Below are positions 1 through 8,420 of a stretch of DNA of 64,000 nucleotides, piece by piece; the stretch's first letter is position 1, and every line of letters begins with the position of its first letter. Source of the DNA: Clostridia bacterium (GTDB lineage Bacteria; Bacillota; Peptococcia; Peptococcales; BICA1-8); contig JASKKI010000003.1 of assembly GCA_030154225.1 (NCBI GenBank), positions 14,217 to 78,216 on the forward strand. The letters run 5' to 3'. The translations under genes and the position numbers were made by a program. The notes below the pieces were generated by a model. It searched no databases. It had not been told where the DNA came from and saw only the letters and a program-made list of their open reading frames with translations.

Positions 1-117
1 AAACCTATCATCTAACCACATACCACCCTTAAAGCCCAAATAGATACTTACCGCCATGGTGGTTCCAAAGGAGATGCCAAAATGTACATATTTCAGGGCA
101 TTATTACCTCTCCCCAT
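1..117 (-). CDS. AtpZ/AtpI-like small membrane protein, N-terminal part only (runs off window edge)
   Basis: ATG at 117-115 with GAGGTG 7 nt upstream. Translation MGRGNNALKYVHFGISFGTTMAVSIYLGFKGGMWLDDRF resembles the hydrophobic core of AtpZ/AtpI proteins. Its position after upp/wecB fits an atp operon lying beyond the edge. Confidence 0.45.
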   Translation of the reverse strand, partial: MGRGNNALKYVHFGISFGTTMAVSIYLGFKGGMWLDDRF

Positions 118-289
118 TAATTTACACCTCTAAGCTGATTTTTATTTGTTCAAGTGGTGATTTTGGGCCAATAACTCAATTCTATTCTACTTGTATCGTG
201 ATTTTCCTCTTTTTTTTGCAATATAATACAAAATACTTTAAAATTAAATTATTTTGCTGTATGATTACTTATTGGAATTGTTACTTGTT

Positions 290-1444
290 TCACATATACT
301 TCCAATCCTCTGGTTTTTCATAAATAATCCCGAAATAATATTTTAATCCATTTACAATCCTGTGACAAGCATTGCCATCACCATAAGGATTAACCGCTTT
401 TTCCATTCTACCATAAAAATCTTGATTAGTTAATAATTCTCTAGTTATTTTGTGGATATTTTCACATTGAATCCCTGCCAGTTTAACTGTACCAGCCTCT
501 ACAGCTTCAGGGCGTTCGGTATTTTCCCTTAAAACTAATACAGGTTTTCCTAACGCCGGGGCTTCTTCCTGTATTCCCCCAGAATCTGTCAAAATTAAAT
601 ATGATTTGGCCATTAAATTGGCAAAAGGTTCATAATCTAAAGGTTCTATTAAATGAATACGATTATACCCACTCAATACCCGATGGGCCAGGTTTCGCAC
701 GACAGGATTTTTATGCACTGGAAAAATTATTTCGATCTCCGTAAATTCTTCATGTAATTTGACTAAGGCCTTAAAAATGTTTTCCATAGGTTCACCTAAG
801 TTTTCCCGCCTATGGGTAGTAACAAGTAAAACTTTTTTCTTCGCAAAATCAATATTGTCTAGTTTAATATCATTAAATTTATAATCAGCTTTTACAGTTT
901 TTAATAAAGCATCTATCACTGTATTACCGGTTACAAAAATATTTTTCTCACAGGCGCCTTCAGAAAGAAGATTGTTTTTTGCCGTAAAGGTGGGTGCAAA
1001 ATGTAAAGTCGCTATCCCCCCTGTTAACTTTCTATTTAACTCCTCTGGAAAAGGAGAATAAATATTACCCGAACGCAGACCAGCTTCAACATGGCCGACA
1101 GGAATCTGTTGGTAGTAGGCAGCTAAACTTCCCGCTAGAGTTGTGGTTGTATCACCGTGTACCAGTACCAGGTCAGGCTTTTCCTTTTTCAATATCTTTT
1201 CCAAACCCTTTAATGAACGACATGTTATATCATATAGTGTCTGTCCTGGTTGCATAATATTCAAATCATGATCCGGCATAATATTAAAAAGATTTAATAC
1301 CTGATCCAACATTTCACGGTGTTGTGCTGTTACAACAACAATATTTTCAAAATCTGCTTCCTTTTCTAAAGTATTAACCAAAGGCGCCATCTTGATTGCT
1401 TCGGGCCGTGTTCCAAATATGCTCATAATTCTAAAGGTAGTCAT
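290..1444 (-). CDS. wecB: UDP-N-acetylglucosamine 2-epimerase (non-hydrolysing)
   Basis: 384-aa ORF with the family motifs FGTRPEAIKMAPL, HVEAGLRS and DSGGIQEEAPALGKPVLVLR. Confidence 0.93.
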   Translation of the reverse strand: MTTFRIMSIFGTRPEAIKMAPLVNTLEKEADFENIVVVTAQHREMLDQVLNLFNIMPDHDLNIMQPGQTLYDITCRSLKGLEKILKKEKPDLVLVHGDTTTTLAGSLAAYYQQIPVGHVEAGLRSGNIYSPFPEELNRKLTGGIATLHFAPTFTAKNNLLSEGACEKNIFVTGNTVIDALLKTVKADYKFNDIKLDNIDFAKKKVLLVTTHRRENLGEPMENIFKALVKLHEEFTEIEIIFPVHKNPVVRNLAHRVLSGYNRIHLIEPLDYEPFANLMAKSYLILTDSGGIQEEAPALGKPVLVLRENTERPEAVEAGTVKLAGIQCENIHKITRELLTNQDFYGRMEKAVNPYGDGNACHRIVNGLKYYFGIIYEKPEDWKYM

Positions 1445-1461
1445 ATAATTAACCTCACAGT

Positions 1462-1522
1462 TTAGTTACTAGTGATCAGTCATTTAGTGCGAATGTGTGT
1501 TAGTGTGACTGTCTCACTGTCA
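1462..1522. repeat. Dispersed intergenic repeat, family A (TAGTGA / AGTCATTTAGTG / GTGTGTTAGTGTGA words)
   Basis: The 31-nt core at 1478-1508 matches 7129-7159 at 28/31 positions. Related copies lie at 58186-58338, with partial copies at 13168-13226 and 3135-3160. Confidence 0.8.
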
Positions 1523-1542
1523 TTCAGTATAGCTATTGGCAG

Positions 1543-1854
1543 CTATTTAGAGAGGTATCCTTTATCCATTAACTTTTGAATATGTTCTTCCAACATCAGG
1601 CCAATATCAACATTATAGTATTCTTCTAAAACATACATCATAGAAACTGCCGTCTGGGCAACATCTAAAAGCTCTCGGGTAATCATTCGCATTACTTCTT
1701 TTTCCTCTATTTGCGTCACTTCACCACTTAAACCACGAAATTTACCTATTGCCTGGGCTAATTCCCCGGCCTCCTCCATTAACTTTAGTGCAGTTGATTC
1801 CATGGTAGGAGCTAAATTGTTCAATTTAGGTAATGCAATAACTTTATGCTCCAT
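1543..1854 (-). CDS. MazG-like nucleotide pyrophosphohydrolase domain protein (small, single domain)
   Basis: 103-aa ORF. LMEEAGELAQAIGK and a later acidic helix resemble the all-alpha MazG/YpjD-type fold motifs. Confidence 0.55.
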   Translation of the reverse strand: MEHKVIALPKLNNLAPTMESTALKLMEEAGELAQAIGKFRGLSGEVTQIEEKEVMRMITRELLDVAQTAVSMMYVLEEYYNVDIGLMLEEHIQKLMDKGYLSK

Positions 1855-1900
1855 CCTTATTCCTCCAGTCTGGTCGTTAGTGGCTAACCTTAACCTTTAA

Positions 1901-2341
1901 TTAGTTCCACTCTTCCACTTCTACATTTGCTTCTTGTAAAATTTTCATGGATAATTCATCAGGGTAGCTAGCCTGGTAGACTATTTTTACAATACCGGCA
2001 TTAATGAGCATTTTCGCACATAATACACAGGGAAAAGTAGTACTATAAAGTGTTCCACCTTTAATCTGCACTCCATGAACAGCTGCTTGAATGATAGCAT
2101 TTTGTTCAGCATGAAGTCCACGGCACAATTCATGTCTTTCACCCCTGGGGACTTTTAGTTCTTCTCGCATACAACCGGTTTCCAAACAATGATCCAAGCC
2201 GGAAGGGGCACCATTGTATCCTGAAGCTAATATATGTCTATCTTTGACAATAATGGAACCAACTTGTCTTCTGAGACACGTTGAACGCTTAGCTACTACT
2301 TTTGTAATTTCCATGAAGTACTGATTCCAGCCAGGACGCAT
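1901..2341 (-). CDS. dCMP (deoxycytidylate) deaminase, ComEB-type
   Basis: Zinc motifs HAEQNAI and [15 protein letters not shown] moved the start to the internal ATG at 2341, which has GGAGG 8 nt upstream. The track start at 2362 would place that SD inside the coding sequence. Confidence 0.88.
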   Translation of the reverse strand: MRPGWNQYFMEITKVVAKRSTCLRRQVGSIIVKDRHILASGYNGAPSGLDHCLETGCMREELKVPRGERHELCRGLHAEQNAIIQAAVHGVQIKGGTLYSTTFPCVLCAKMLINAGIVKIVYQASYPDELSMKILQEANVEVEEWN

Positions 2342-2371
2342 ATTGTCTACCTCCGTGAACATTATAGGTCG

Positions 2372-2462
2372 AGGTTTCGCTTCACTACATTACTCTAGGT
2401 TGAGGTTGAGAAAAAGACCAGAAATCAAACCCATATTTTACCTTAGCCTTAACCTCTACCTT
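2372..2462. repeat. Dispersed intergenic repeat, family E (AGGTTTCnCTTC ... TAGGTTGAGGTT) with an inverted partner
   Basis: AGGTTTCGCTTC...TAGGTTGAGGTTGAG at 2372-2410 resembles 11097-11128. An imperfect inverted partner CCTTAGCCTTAACCTCTACCTT lies at 2441-2462. Confidence 0.6.
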
Positions 2463-2488
2463 GGGACGAAATGAATTGCCTTAGCAAT

Positions 2489-3118
2489 TTATTTCGTTCC
2501 GAATAGTCTGTCTCCCGCATCACCTAATCCAGGTACTATATAACCATGTTCATTCAATTTTTCATCAACTGCAGCTACATAAATATCTACATCTGGATGG
2601 TCAGTTTTAATTCTCTCAATCCCTTCAGGGGCTGCGATTAAACACATAAGTTTAATATTTTTCACACCACGGTCTTTTAAAAATTTAATTGCCGCTGATG
2701 CCGAGCCGCCTGTAGCCAGCATAGGATCAATAACTATCAAATCTCTCTCTGTTAAATCAGTAGGTAATTTACAATAATATTCTACAGGCTCTAAAGTATC
2801 CGGGTCTCTATAAAGTCCAATATGACCCACTTTGGCTGCCGGAATCAATTTCAGCATACCACCAACCATCCCTAAGCCCGCCCTTAAAATAGGAACAAAA
2901 GCAACTTTTCTACCGGATATTACCTTGCATTTAGCTCTCGCTACCGGAGTTTGAATGGTCACATCTTCCAAGGGAAAATCCCTTGTAACTTCGTAGGTCA
3001 TTAACATTGCTACCTCTTCAACCAGTTCACGGAACTCTTTTGAACCTGTTTCCCGGGAACGAATATATGTTAACTTATGCTGGATTAGCGGATGATCTAA
3101 AACAAATACCTGAGACAT
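2489..3118 (-). CDS. upp: uracil phosphoribosyltransferase
   Basis: 209 aa. Typical Upp N-terminus and the PRPP-binding loop [11 protein letters not shown]. Confidence 0.95.
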   Translation of the reverse strand: MSQVFVLDHPLIQHKLTYIRSRETGSKEFRELVEEVAMLMTYEVTRDFPLEDVTIQTPVARAKCKVISGRKVAFVPILRAGLGMVGGMLKLIPAAKVGHIGLYRDPDTLEPVEYYCKLPTDLTERDLIVIDPMLATGGSASAAIKFLKDRGVKNIKLMCLIAAPEGIERIKTDHPDVDIYVAAVDEKLNEHGYIVPGLGDAGDRLFGTK

Positions 3119-3160
3119 TTATAACCCTCCTAATGTAAGTGTGTAAGTATAAGTTAGTTA

Positions 3161-4399
3161 TTAGTACTGAAACAGTGGAAATCTTTTTGTAAGATCTTTA
3201 ACTTTCCCTTTAGCTTCTTCATATTTTTTGTCTACCAATACCATATTAATTATTTCGGCTATTTCCTCCATTTCAACTATACCCATACCCCTAGTGGTAA
3301 CTGCCGGAGTACCAATACGAATACCGCTGGTTACGAAAGGACTTTCTGTTTCAAAAGGAATTGTATTTTTATTTACTGTTACCCCTGCTTCATCCAGCAT
3401 CTTTTCTGCCTCTTTACCTGTTAAGTTTTTCGCACGCAAATCAACCAGCATTAGATGATTATCTGTCCCCTCAGAAACCAACCTAAAGCCTTTTTCTTGT
3501 AAACTTTTAGCAAGGGCCTGGGCGTTATCCAGAATCTTTTGCTGGTATTTATAGAATTGGGGTTGAAGAGCTTCATAGAAAGAAACTGCTTTAGCTGCTA
3601 TAACATGCATTAAAGGGCCACCCTGAATTCCGGGAAAAATGGCTTTATCTATATCTTTAGCAAATTCCTCTTTACAAAGAATCATTCCACCGCGGGGTCC
3701 TCTTAACGTTTTATGGGTTGTAGTGGTAACAAAATGGGCATGAGGAACTGGATTTGGATGCAAACCGGCTGCTACTAAACCTGCAATATGAGCCATATCA
3801 ACCATCAAATAGGCCCCTACCTCATCAGCAATTTCCCTGAACTTAGCGAAATCAATAATTCTAGGATAAGCACTGGCACCTGCTACAATCATTTTAGGTT
3901 TTACTTCTCGGGCAATAGCCAGTACCTGATCATAATCAATGGTTTCAGTTTCTTTACTCACTCCATAGGCAACAAAGTTATAATACATACCTGATATATT
4001 AACCGGACTACCATGGGTTAAATGCCCACCATGGCTCAAGTTCATTCCCAAGACTGTATCACCCGGTTTAAGCATAGCAAAATAGACAGCTGTATTGGCC
4101 TGAGCCCCGGAATGGGGTTGTACGTTAACATGTTCTGCCCCAAATAACTTTTTGGCCCTTTCTCTGGCTAAATTTTCAGCTACATCTACATATTCACAAC
4201 CACCATAGTATCTTTTTCCCGGATAACCTTCTGCATATTTATTTGTCATTACACAACCTTGTGCTGCCATAACAGCCCTGCTCACGAAATTTTCAGAAGC
4301 TATTAATTCGATTTTATTTAATTGTCTTGCTTCTTCCCTGGCAATAGCTTCCGCCAATTCAGGATCAACAGGTAAAACAAATTCTTTGATATAATCCAT
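3161..4399 (-). CDS. glyA: serine hydroxymethyltransferase
   Basis: 412 aa. Contains LIASENF and the PLP-lysine region [14 protein letters not shown]. Confidence 0.97.
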   Translation of the reverse strand: MDYIKEFVLPVDPELAEAIAREEARQLNKIELIASENFVSRAVMAAQGCVMTNKYAEGYPGKRYYGGCEYVDVAENLARERAKKLFGAEHVNVQPHSGAQANTAVYFAMLKPGDTVLGMNLSHGGHLTHGSPVNISGMYYNFVAYGVSKETETIDYDQVLAIAREVKPKMIVAGASAYPRIIDFAKFREIADEVGAYLMVDMAHIAGLVAAGLHPNPVPHAHFVTTTTHKTLRGPRGGMILCKEEFAKDIDKAIFPGIQGGPLMHVIAAKAVSFYEALQPQFYKYQQKILDNAQALAKSLQEKGFRLVSEGTDNHLMLVDLRAKNLTGKEAEKMLDEAGVTVNKNTIPFETESPFVTSGIRIGTPAVTTRGMGIVEMEEIAEIINMVLVDKKYEEAKGKVKDLTKRFPLFQY

Positions 4400-4438
4400 C
4401 TTAAATCTCTCCTTTTTCCTTTTGGGTTAAGCTTGTTG

Positions 4439-4569
4439 GTCAGATAACTGCTTAAGGGTTTAGCTTAAGGGTCAGACGCTCAATGTCAACCCAGGTGTAC
4501 GTCAGACGAAACAGCTAGACCAATCAGCCATTGTCAGACGCAAAAATTTAACTACCTGGTATTTCCGAC
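4439..4569. repeat. Phased ~31-bp repeat array 1 (5 units, GTCAGAC cores)
   Basis: Cores start at 4439 (GTCAGAT), 4471, 4501, 4533 (GTCAGAC) and 4563 (TTCCGAC). Spacing is 32/30/32/30 bp. The array lies between the stop of the YwlG-like gene and the start of glyA. Confidence 0.85.
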
Positions 4570-4601
4570 CTACAAAATGTCCCTTAAGATATTGTTAGCA
4601 G

Positions 4602-5150
4602 TTACTTGCAGTATTTTGCCCTCTCGCCACCAATTAATTTCGGTCTTGTCCTGGCTAAAGTTAAGTGGGCATGACCAATAGATTTTATTTCTAATCTTAC
4701 GGGAACAGCCACTTTTTTCAAGTGCATACCGATAAAAGTATCACCTATATCTAAGCCGGCATGGGCTTTGACCTCTTCAACCAAAACTGCATTTTCCAGC
4801 TTTTCATAGGCTAAAGTTGCTAGAGACCCTCCGGCCTTCTGGTGTGGTATAACAGTTACTTCTTCCCAACCGTATTTCCGGGCTGCTTCCTTTTCAACAA
4901 CCAAAGCTCTATTCAGGTGTTCACAACACTGAATAGCTAAATATATTCCTTTTTCCTGGAGTGGTGGCATAATTTGACTCATAATTGCTTCTGCAATTTC
5001 CAAACTTCCCGCAGAACCTATCCTTTCACCTGCTACTTCACTTGTACTACAGCCCACAACTAAAACCTGCCCGGCTTCAAGTTTAGCCACCTCCAGCAGA
5101 CCCTCTATTGCTTTTTTTGTTTCCAACCTGATTTGTTCAAAATTAACCAT
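4602..5150 (-). CDS. TIGR01440/UPF0340 family protein (B. subtilis YwlG-like)
   Basis: 182 aa with VVGCSTSEVAGERIG. Conserved position between rpiB and glyA. Confidence 0.75.
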   Translation of the reverse strand: MVNFEQIRLETKKAIEGLLEVAKLEAGQVLVVGCSTSEVAGERIGSAGSLEIAEAIMSQIMPPLQEKGIYLAIQCCEHLNRALVVEKEAARKYGWEEVTVIPHQKAGGSLATLAYEKLENAVLVEEVKAHAGLDIGDTFIGMHLKKVAVPVRLEIKSIGHAHLTLARTRPKLIGGERAKYCK

Positions 5151-5177
5151 CCTTTGTCACCTCATTCCAGTCACATT

Positions 5178-5210
5178 CAAGAAGCAAGAGACAAGAAGCA
5201 AGAGGCAAGA
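5178..5210. repeat. Dispersed intergenic repeat, family C (GCAAGA words)
   Basis: CAAGAAGCAAGAGACAAGAAGCAAGAGGCAAGA. The 13-mer GCAAGAGGCAAGA at 5198-5210 recurs exactly at 40360-40372. Confidence 0.7.
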
Positions 5211-5221
5211 AAAAATCATAA

Positions 5222-5677
5222 TTATTTTGAATCTAATGCTCTTGTCTCTATTTCGTGAATCTTTTCTACCCTTCTTTGATGGCGGCCGCCGGTAAATTCA
5301 GTTTTTAACCAAATATCCACAATATCCATAGCTAAACCTCGGCCGATAACCCTCTCCCCCATGGTTAAAATATTTGCATTGTTATGTTCTCTACTTGCTC
5401 TAGCGGAAAAAGTATCATGGCATAAAGCAGCCCTTATCCCCTGAACTTTATTGGCGGCTATACCTATACCAATTCCTGTACCACATATTAAAATACCCCG
5501 ATCATATTCACCTGATGCTACGGCCCTGGCTGCTGGTAATGCTATATCCGGATAATCACAAGAATCTGTAGTATGGGTACCAAAGTCCTTATATTCCATA
5601 CCCTTTTCGTTCAGGTATTTTTTTATTTCTTCTTTTAAAGTAAAACCACCATGATCTGATCCTAAAGCAATACGCAC
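5222..5677 (-). CDS. rpiB: ribose-5-phosphate isomerase B
   Basis: 151 aa with MRIALGSDHGG and ILICGTGIGIGIAANK. Confidence 0.93.
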   Translation of the reverse strand: MRIALGSDHGGFTLKEEIKKYLNEKGMEYKDFGTHTTDSCDYPDIALPAARAVASGEYDRGILICGTGIGIGIAANKVQGIRAALCHDTFSARASREHNNANILTMGERVIGRGLAMDIVDIWLKTEFTGGRHQRRVEKIHEIETRALDSK

Positions 5678-5748
5678 AAACTCATCTCCTTTTACCTAAA
5701 AATGCTTAACACTTTTCTTTCTACACAAATTGAGTTTTTCCTTCATAG

Positions 5749-5772
5749 AATAAAATCACATGTGATTTTATT
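5749..5772. terminator. Perfect 12-bp-arm palindrome AATAAAATCACA/TGTGATTTTATT, probable terminator after the phosphatase gene
   Basis: Perfect palindrome 14 nt downstream of the 5786 stop. The A/T runs are part of the arms. Confidence 0.5.
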
Positions 5773-5785
5773 AGGTTTCGGTAGA

Positions 5786-6490
5786 TTATTGATGGTTAAT
5801 TATTTTATTTAACGCTTTTTCTATCACTTTATATAATTCTTGATAACAAGTTCGATAAGCTTCTAGAGGTTGTCCGAAAGGATCATCTATCTCAAGGTGT
5901 TGTATCTCTTTTTCAATTTTTTTAAGTTCTTCTCTTTCTTTTCTAATTTCCTGTTCCAACTGTTGATCTAAAGCAGTAAACTGAGCTAAAACATTACTTA
6001 GTTCTTCTTCTAATTTCTTTTTTTTATTTTCTAAATTTTGCAGAGTTTCTTTATGGTTTTCAAAAAAGTTTTCCTGTTTTTCCTTTATTCTTTGATAAAT
6101 ACTTTCAACCCTTTTTTGCAAACTTTCTTTATGGTCAAGATCCTGAACAAACTCTTTTAGCAAAAATACTTTTTCTTTAGCCTCAGGAGCTAGGTTAAGT
6201 AATTGCTGTTTGTGACTATTGGTCATGGTCAAAATAAGGTCTGCTTCTTTAATTAAATCAAGATTGATAGGTTTTGATTTAAAATCCCTTAAGTTTAAAC
6301 CATTTTCTTCTACAACTTTAATTGCATAATTAGAGGCTTGTACACCTTCTAAGGCACAGGTCCCCGCTGATGTAACAAAAATATCCGCAAATTTTTCTCC
6401 ATTTTCCGAAATTATTTTGGAAGCAATAGCCTCGGCCATGCTACTGCGGCAAGTATTTCCTGTACAAACAAATAAAATCTTTTTCCCCAC
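5786..6490 (-). CDS. low-molecular-weight protein tyrosine/arginine phosphatase (YwlE-like) with a ~85-aa coiled-coil insertion
   Basis: P-loop CTGNTCRS at aa 9-16 and DPFG loop at aa 203-206. A heptad-like K/E/Q-rich segment at aa ~116-200 separates them. Sits at the position of ywlE. Confidence 0.85.
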   Translation of the reverse strand: MGKKILFVCTGNTCRSSMAEAIASKIISENGEKFADIFVTSAGTCALEGVQASNYAIKVVEENGLNLRDFKSKPINLDLIKEADLILTMTNSHKQQLLNLAPEAKEKVFLLKEFVQDLDHKESLQKRVESIYQRIKEKQENFFENHKETLQNLENKKKKLEEELSNVLAQFTALDQQLEQEIRKEREELKKIEKEIQHLEIDDPFGQPLEAYRTCYQELYKVIEKALNKIINHQ

Positions 6491-6539
6491 CTTTTCACCC
6501 CTTACTACATTGGTTTCACTTCGTTAGCTTATTAAATAT

Positions 6540-7106
6540 CTACATTAAAAGCAATTTAAACCCAATTGCAACCAAGATAAAACCACTTAAAAGCTCTGCT
6601 TTTTCACCTACAGAACGGCTTAACCTTTTACCGAAAATTAACCCTCCAAAAGTCATAATTCCCGCAATAATACCCATAATTATAACTGTTAATGTTAAAT
6701 CTACCCTTATTGCCCCGAGGCCGAAACCAACTGTTAAAGCATCTAATGATACACTGGCAGCCATTAATACAAGACTAACAGGATGGCTAATGGATATAAC
6801 ATCAAAACCAGCTTGAGGTGTTCCTGTAAAATTCCTGCTTTCTTTATATATCTCCCATAAAGTACGGCCCCCAATGAATATTAGAACAATTGCCCCCAAT
6901 TTGCTGGCAATAGGTCCCACATAACTACCTAGTATCTGACCTAAATACAAGCCGGTTAAAGGCATAAATACATGAAAAAGGGCTACAACCATGGAAACCA
7001 GATAAATTTGCCGCCGTCTAACCCCACTTAAACCAATACCTATAGACAAAGAAAAGGCATCAATTCCTAGTGCAAAGGCAACTGCAAAAATTGTAATCAG
7101 ACTCAT
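6540..7106 (-). CDS. mntP: manganese efflux pump MntP (YwlD-like)
   Basis: 188 aa and six-TM-like. Internal duplication with LGIDAFS / SLDALTVGF motifs. Conserved position next to ywlC and ywlE. Confidence 0.85.
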   Translation of the reverse strand: MSLITIFAVAFALGIDAFSLSIGIGLSGVRRRQIYLVSMVVALFHVFMPLTGLYLGQILGSYVGPIASKLGAIVLIFIGGRTLWEIYKESRNFTGTPQAGFDVISISHPVSLVLMAASVSLDALTVGFGLGAIRVDLTLTVIIMGIIAGIMTFGGLIFGKRLSRSVGEKAELLSGFILVAIGFKLLLM

Positions 7107-7119
7107 ATTTACCCCCTAA

Positions 7120-7162
7120 TTAGTGACTAGTCATTTAGTGTGAAAGTGTGTTAGTGTAATAG
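7120..7162. repeat. Dispersed intergenic repeat, family A copy
   Basis: TTAGTGACTAGTCATTTAGTGTGAAAGTGTGTTAGTGTAATAG. The core at 7129-7159 matches 1478-1508 at 28/31. Confidence 0.8.
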
Positions 7163-7204
7163 TATAAGTCTATGTAATTAGCGGAAAAAACTTTCGTTTA
7201 TCTA

Positions 7205-8257
7205 TTAAATCCATTTTCCTCCGGCCGCTTTCATTAATCTATTCATCAATGCCGCACCTAGATTAGTTTCCGGAAAACTTTCCGCATAAATAACATCAAC
7301 TTTTTTCCCGTCAAACCACCTCAGCTTTTCAAAAAGATTGGATGTCATTCCCTCTAAATCTGCCCGTCTACCAAGTACACCCACTATAACACTTTCTGGT
7401 AAATCTTCAGGTAAAGCCTCATATATCTCTTGGGAAATCATTAAGCCCACTTTTAAAGTTCTATTTCCATTTTCACTAATTATTTTTTTTATTTTATTTA
7501 GTATTTCTTCTTTCCTCCCTTGAAGTAAAATTACCTCGGCTTCAGGAGAATAGTGAGTGTATTTCATTCCAGGGGAACGGGGTGTGGCTTTTAAATCATG
7601 TAAAGCTGTATCCAAATTAACAACTCCAATTTCCCCAATAAATTGCTCTCTGGTAATTCCACCCGGACGTAATATAGTGGGAATTTTTGTACTTAAATCA
7701 AGAACGGTAGACTCTACACCTATCCCAGCTTTACCTCCATCGATAATACCTGCTATTTTTCCCTTTAAATCCTGCCAGACATGCTCTGCAGTAGTTGGAC
7801 TGGGTTTGCCCGAGATATTAGCACTGGGGGCAGCTATAGGTAGTTCAGATAATTCTATTAGCTTAAGGGCAATAGGGTGGGCCGGCATTCTTATTGCTAC
7901 TGTATCCATGCCAGCAGTTATGATATCTGGTACTATCCTGGATTTAGGCATAACTAAAGTCAGTGGCCCCGGCCAAAATTTATTCATCAGCTTCTGGGCT
8001 AGAGGAGTAATCCGTGTAACTAAAGTTTCTACCTGTTTTAGATTATAGACATGTACAATCAACGGATTATCACTGGGTCGACCTTTGGCTAAAAAAATTT
8101 TTTTCACAGCTTCTGTATCAAGGGCATTAGCACCCAGACCGTATACAGTTTCTGTTGGAAAGCCAATAGTCTCACCCTGTTTAATTAGTTGTGCAGCTTC
8201 TTTTAATTTATTGAGGTCAGGATTATCCGCCTTCATTCTCCATATTCTTGTTTCCAT
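7205..8257 (-). CDS. tsaC: L-threonylcarbamoyladenylate synthase, Sua5/YwlC long form
   Basis: FPTETVYGLGANAL, GRPSDNPLIVHV and a Sua5 C-terminal domain. Start set at METRIW (8257). The 58-aa extension in the track ORF is not family-like and crosses a terminator hairpin. Confidence 0.88.
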   Translation of the reverse strand: METRIWRMKADNPDLNKLKEAAQLIKQGETIGFPTETVYGLGANALDTEAVKKIFLAKGRPSDNPLIVHVYNLKQVETLVTRITPLAQKLMNKFWPGPLTLVMPKSRIVPDIITAGMDTVAIRMPAHPIALKLIELSELPIAAPSANISGKPSPTTAEHVWQDLKGKIAGIIDGGKAGIGVESTVLDLSTKIPTILRPGGITREQFIGEIGVVNLDTALHDLKATPRSPGMKYTHYSPEAEVILLQGRKEEILNKIKKIISENGNRTLKVGLMISQEIYEALPEDLPESVIVGVLGRRADLEGMTSNLFEKLRWFDGKKVDVIYAESFPETNLGAALMNRLMKAAGGKWI

Positions 8258-8357
8258 TACTTTCACCAACCAAAAATTATAATTAATCTTAAATATTATA
8301 CCATTTATACATACTGAACCAGATATAGATTTTATTATAATTTTTCCATATGCTAAA

Positions 8358-8383
8358 GGGCAGACTTCTATTTTAGTCTGCCC
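8358..8383 (-). terminator. Hairpin GGGCAGAC-N10-GTCTGCCC downstream of the GntR/TrkA-C gene
   Basis: 8-bp GC-rich stem 38 nt after the 8421 stop. Only a short U run follows on the minus strand. Confidence 0.45.
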
Positions 8384-8420
8384 CAGTTTATGTTTTGTTT
8401 TTGATAAATAATAAGGTTTT

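Noticed and set aside
7107-7204. yybP-ykoY manganese riboswitch upstream of mntP.
   Set aside because: The 98-nt spacer is too short and lacks the conserved four-way-junction sequence features. It is occupied by the family A repeat instead.
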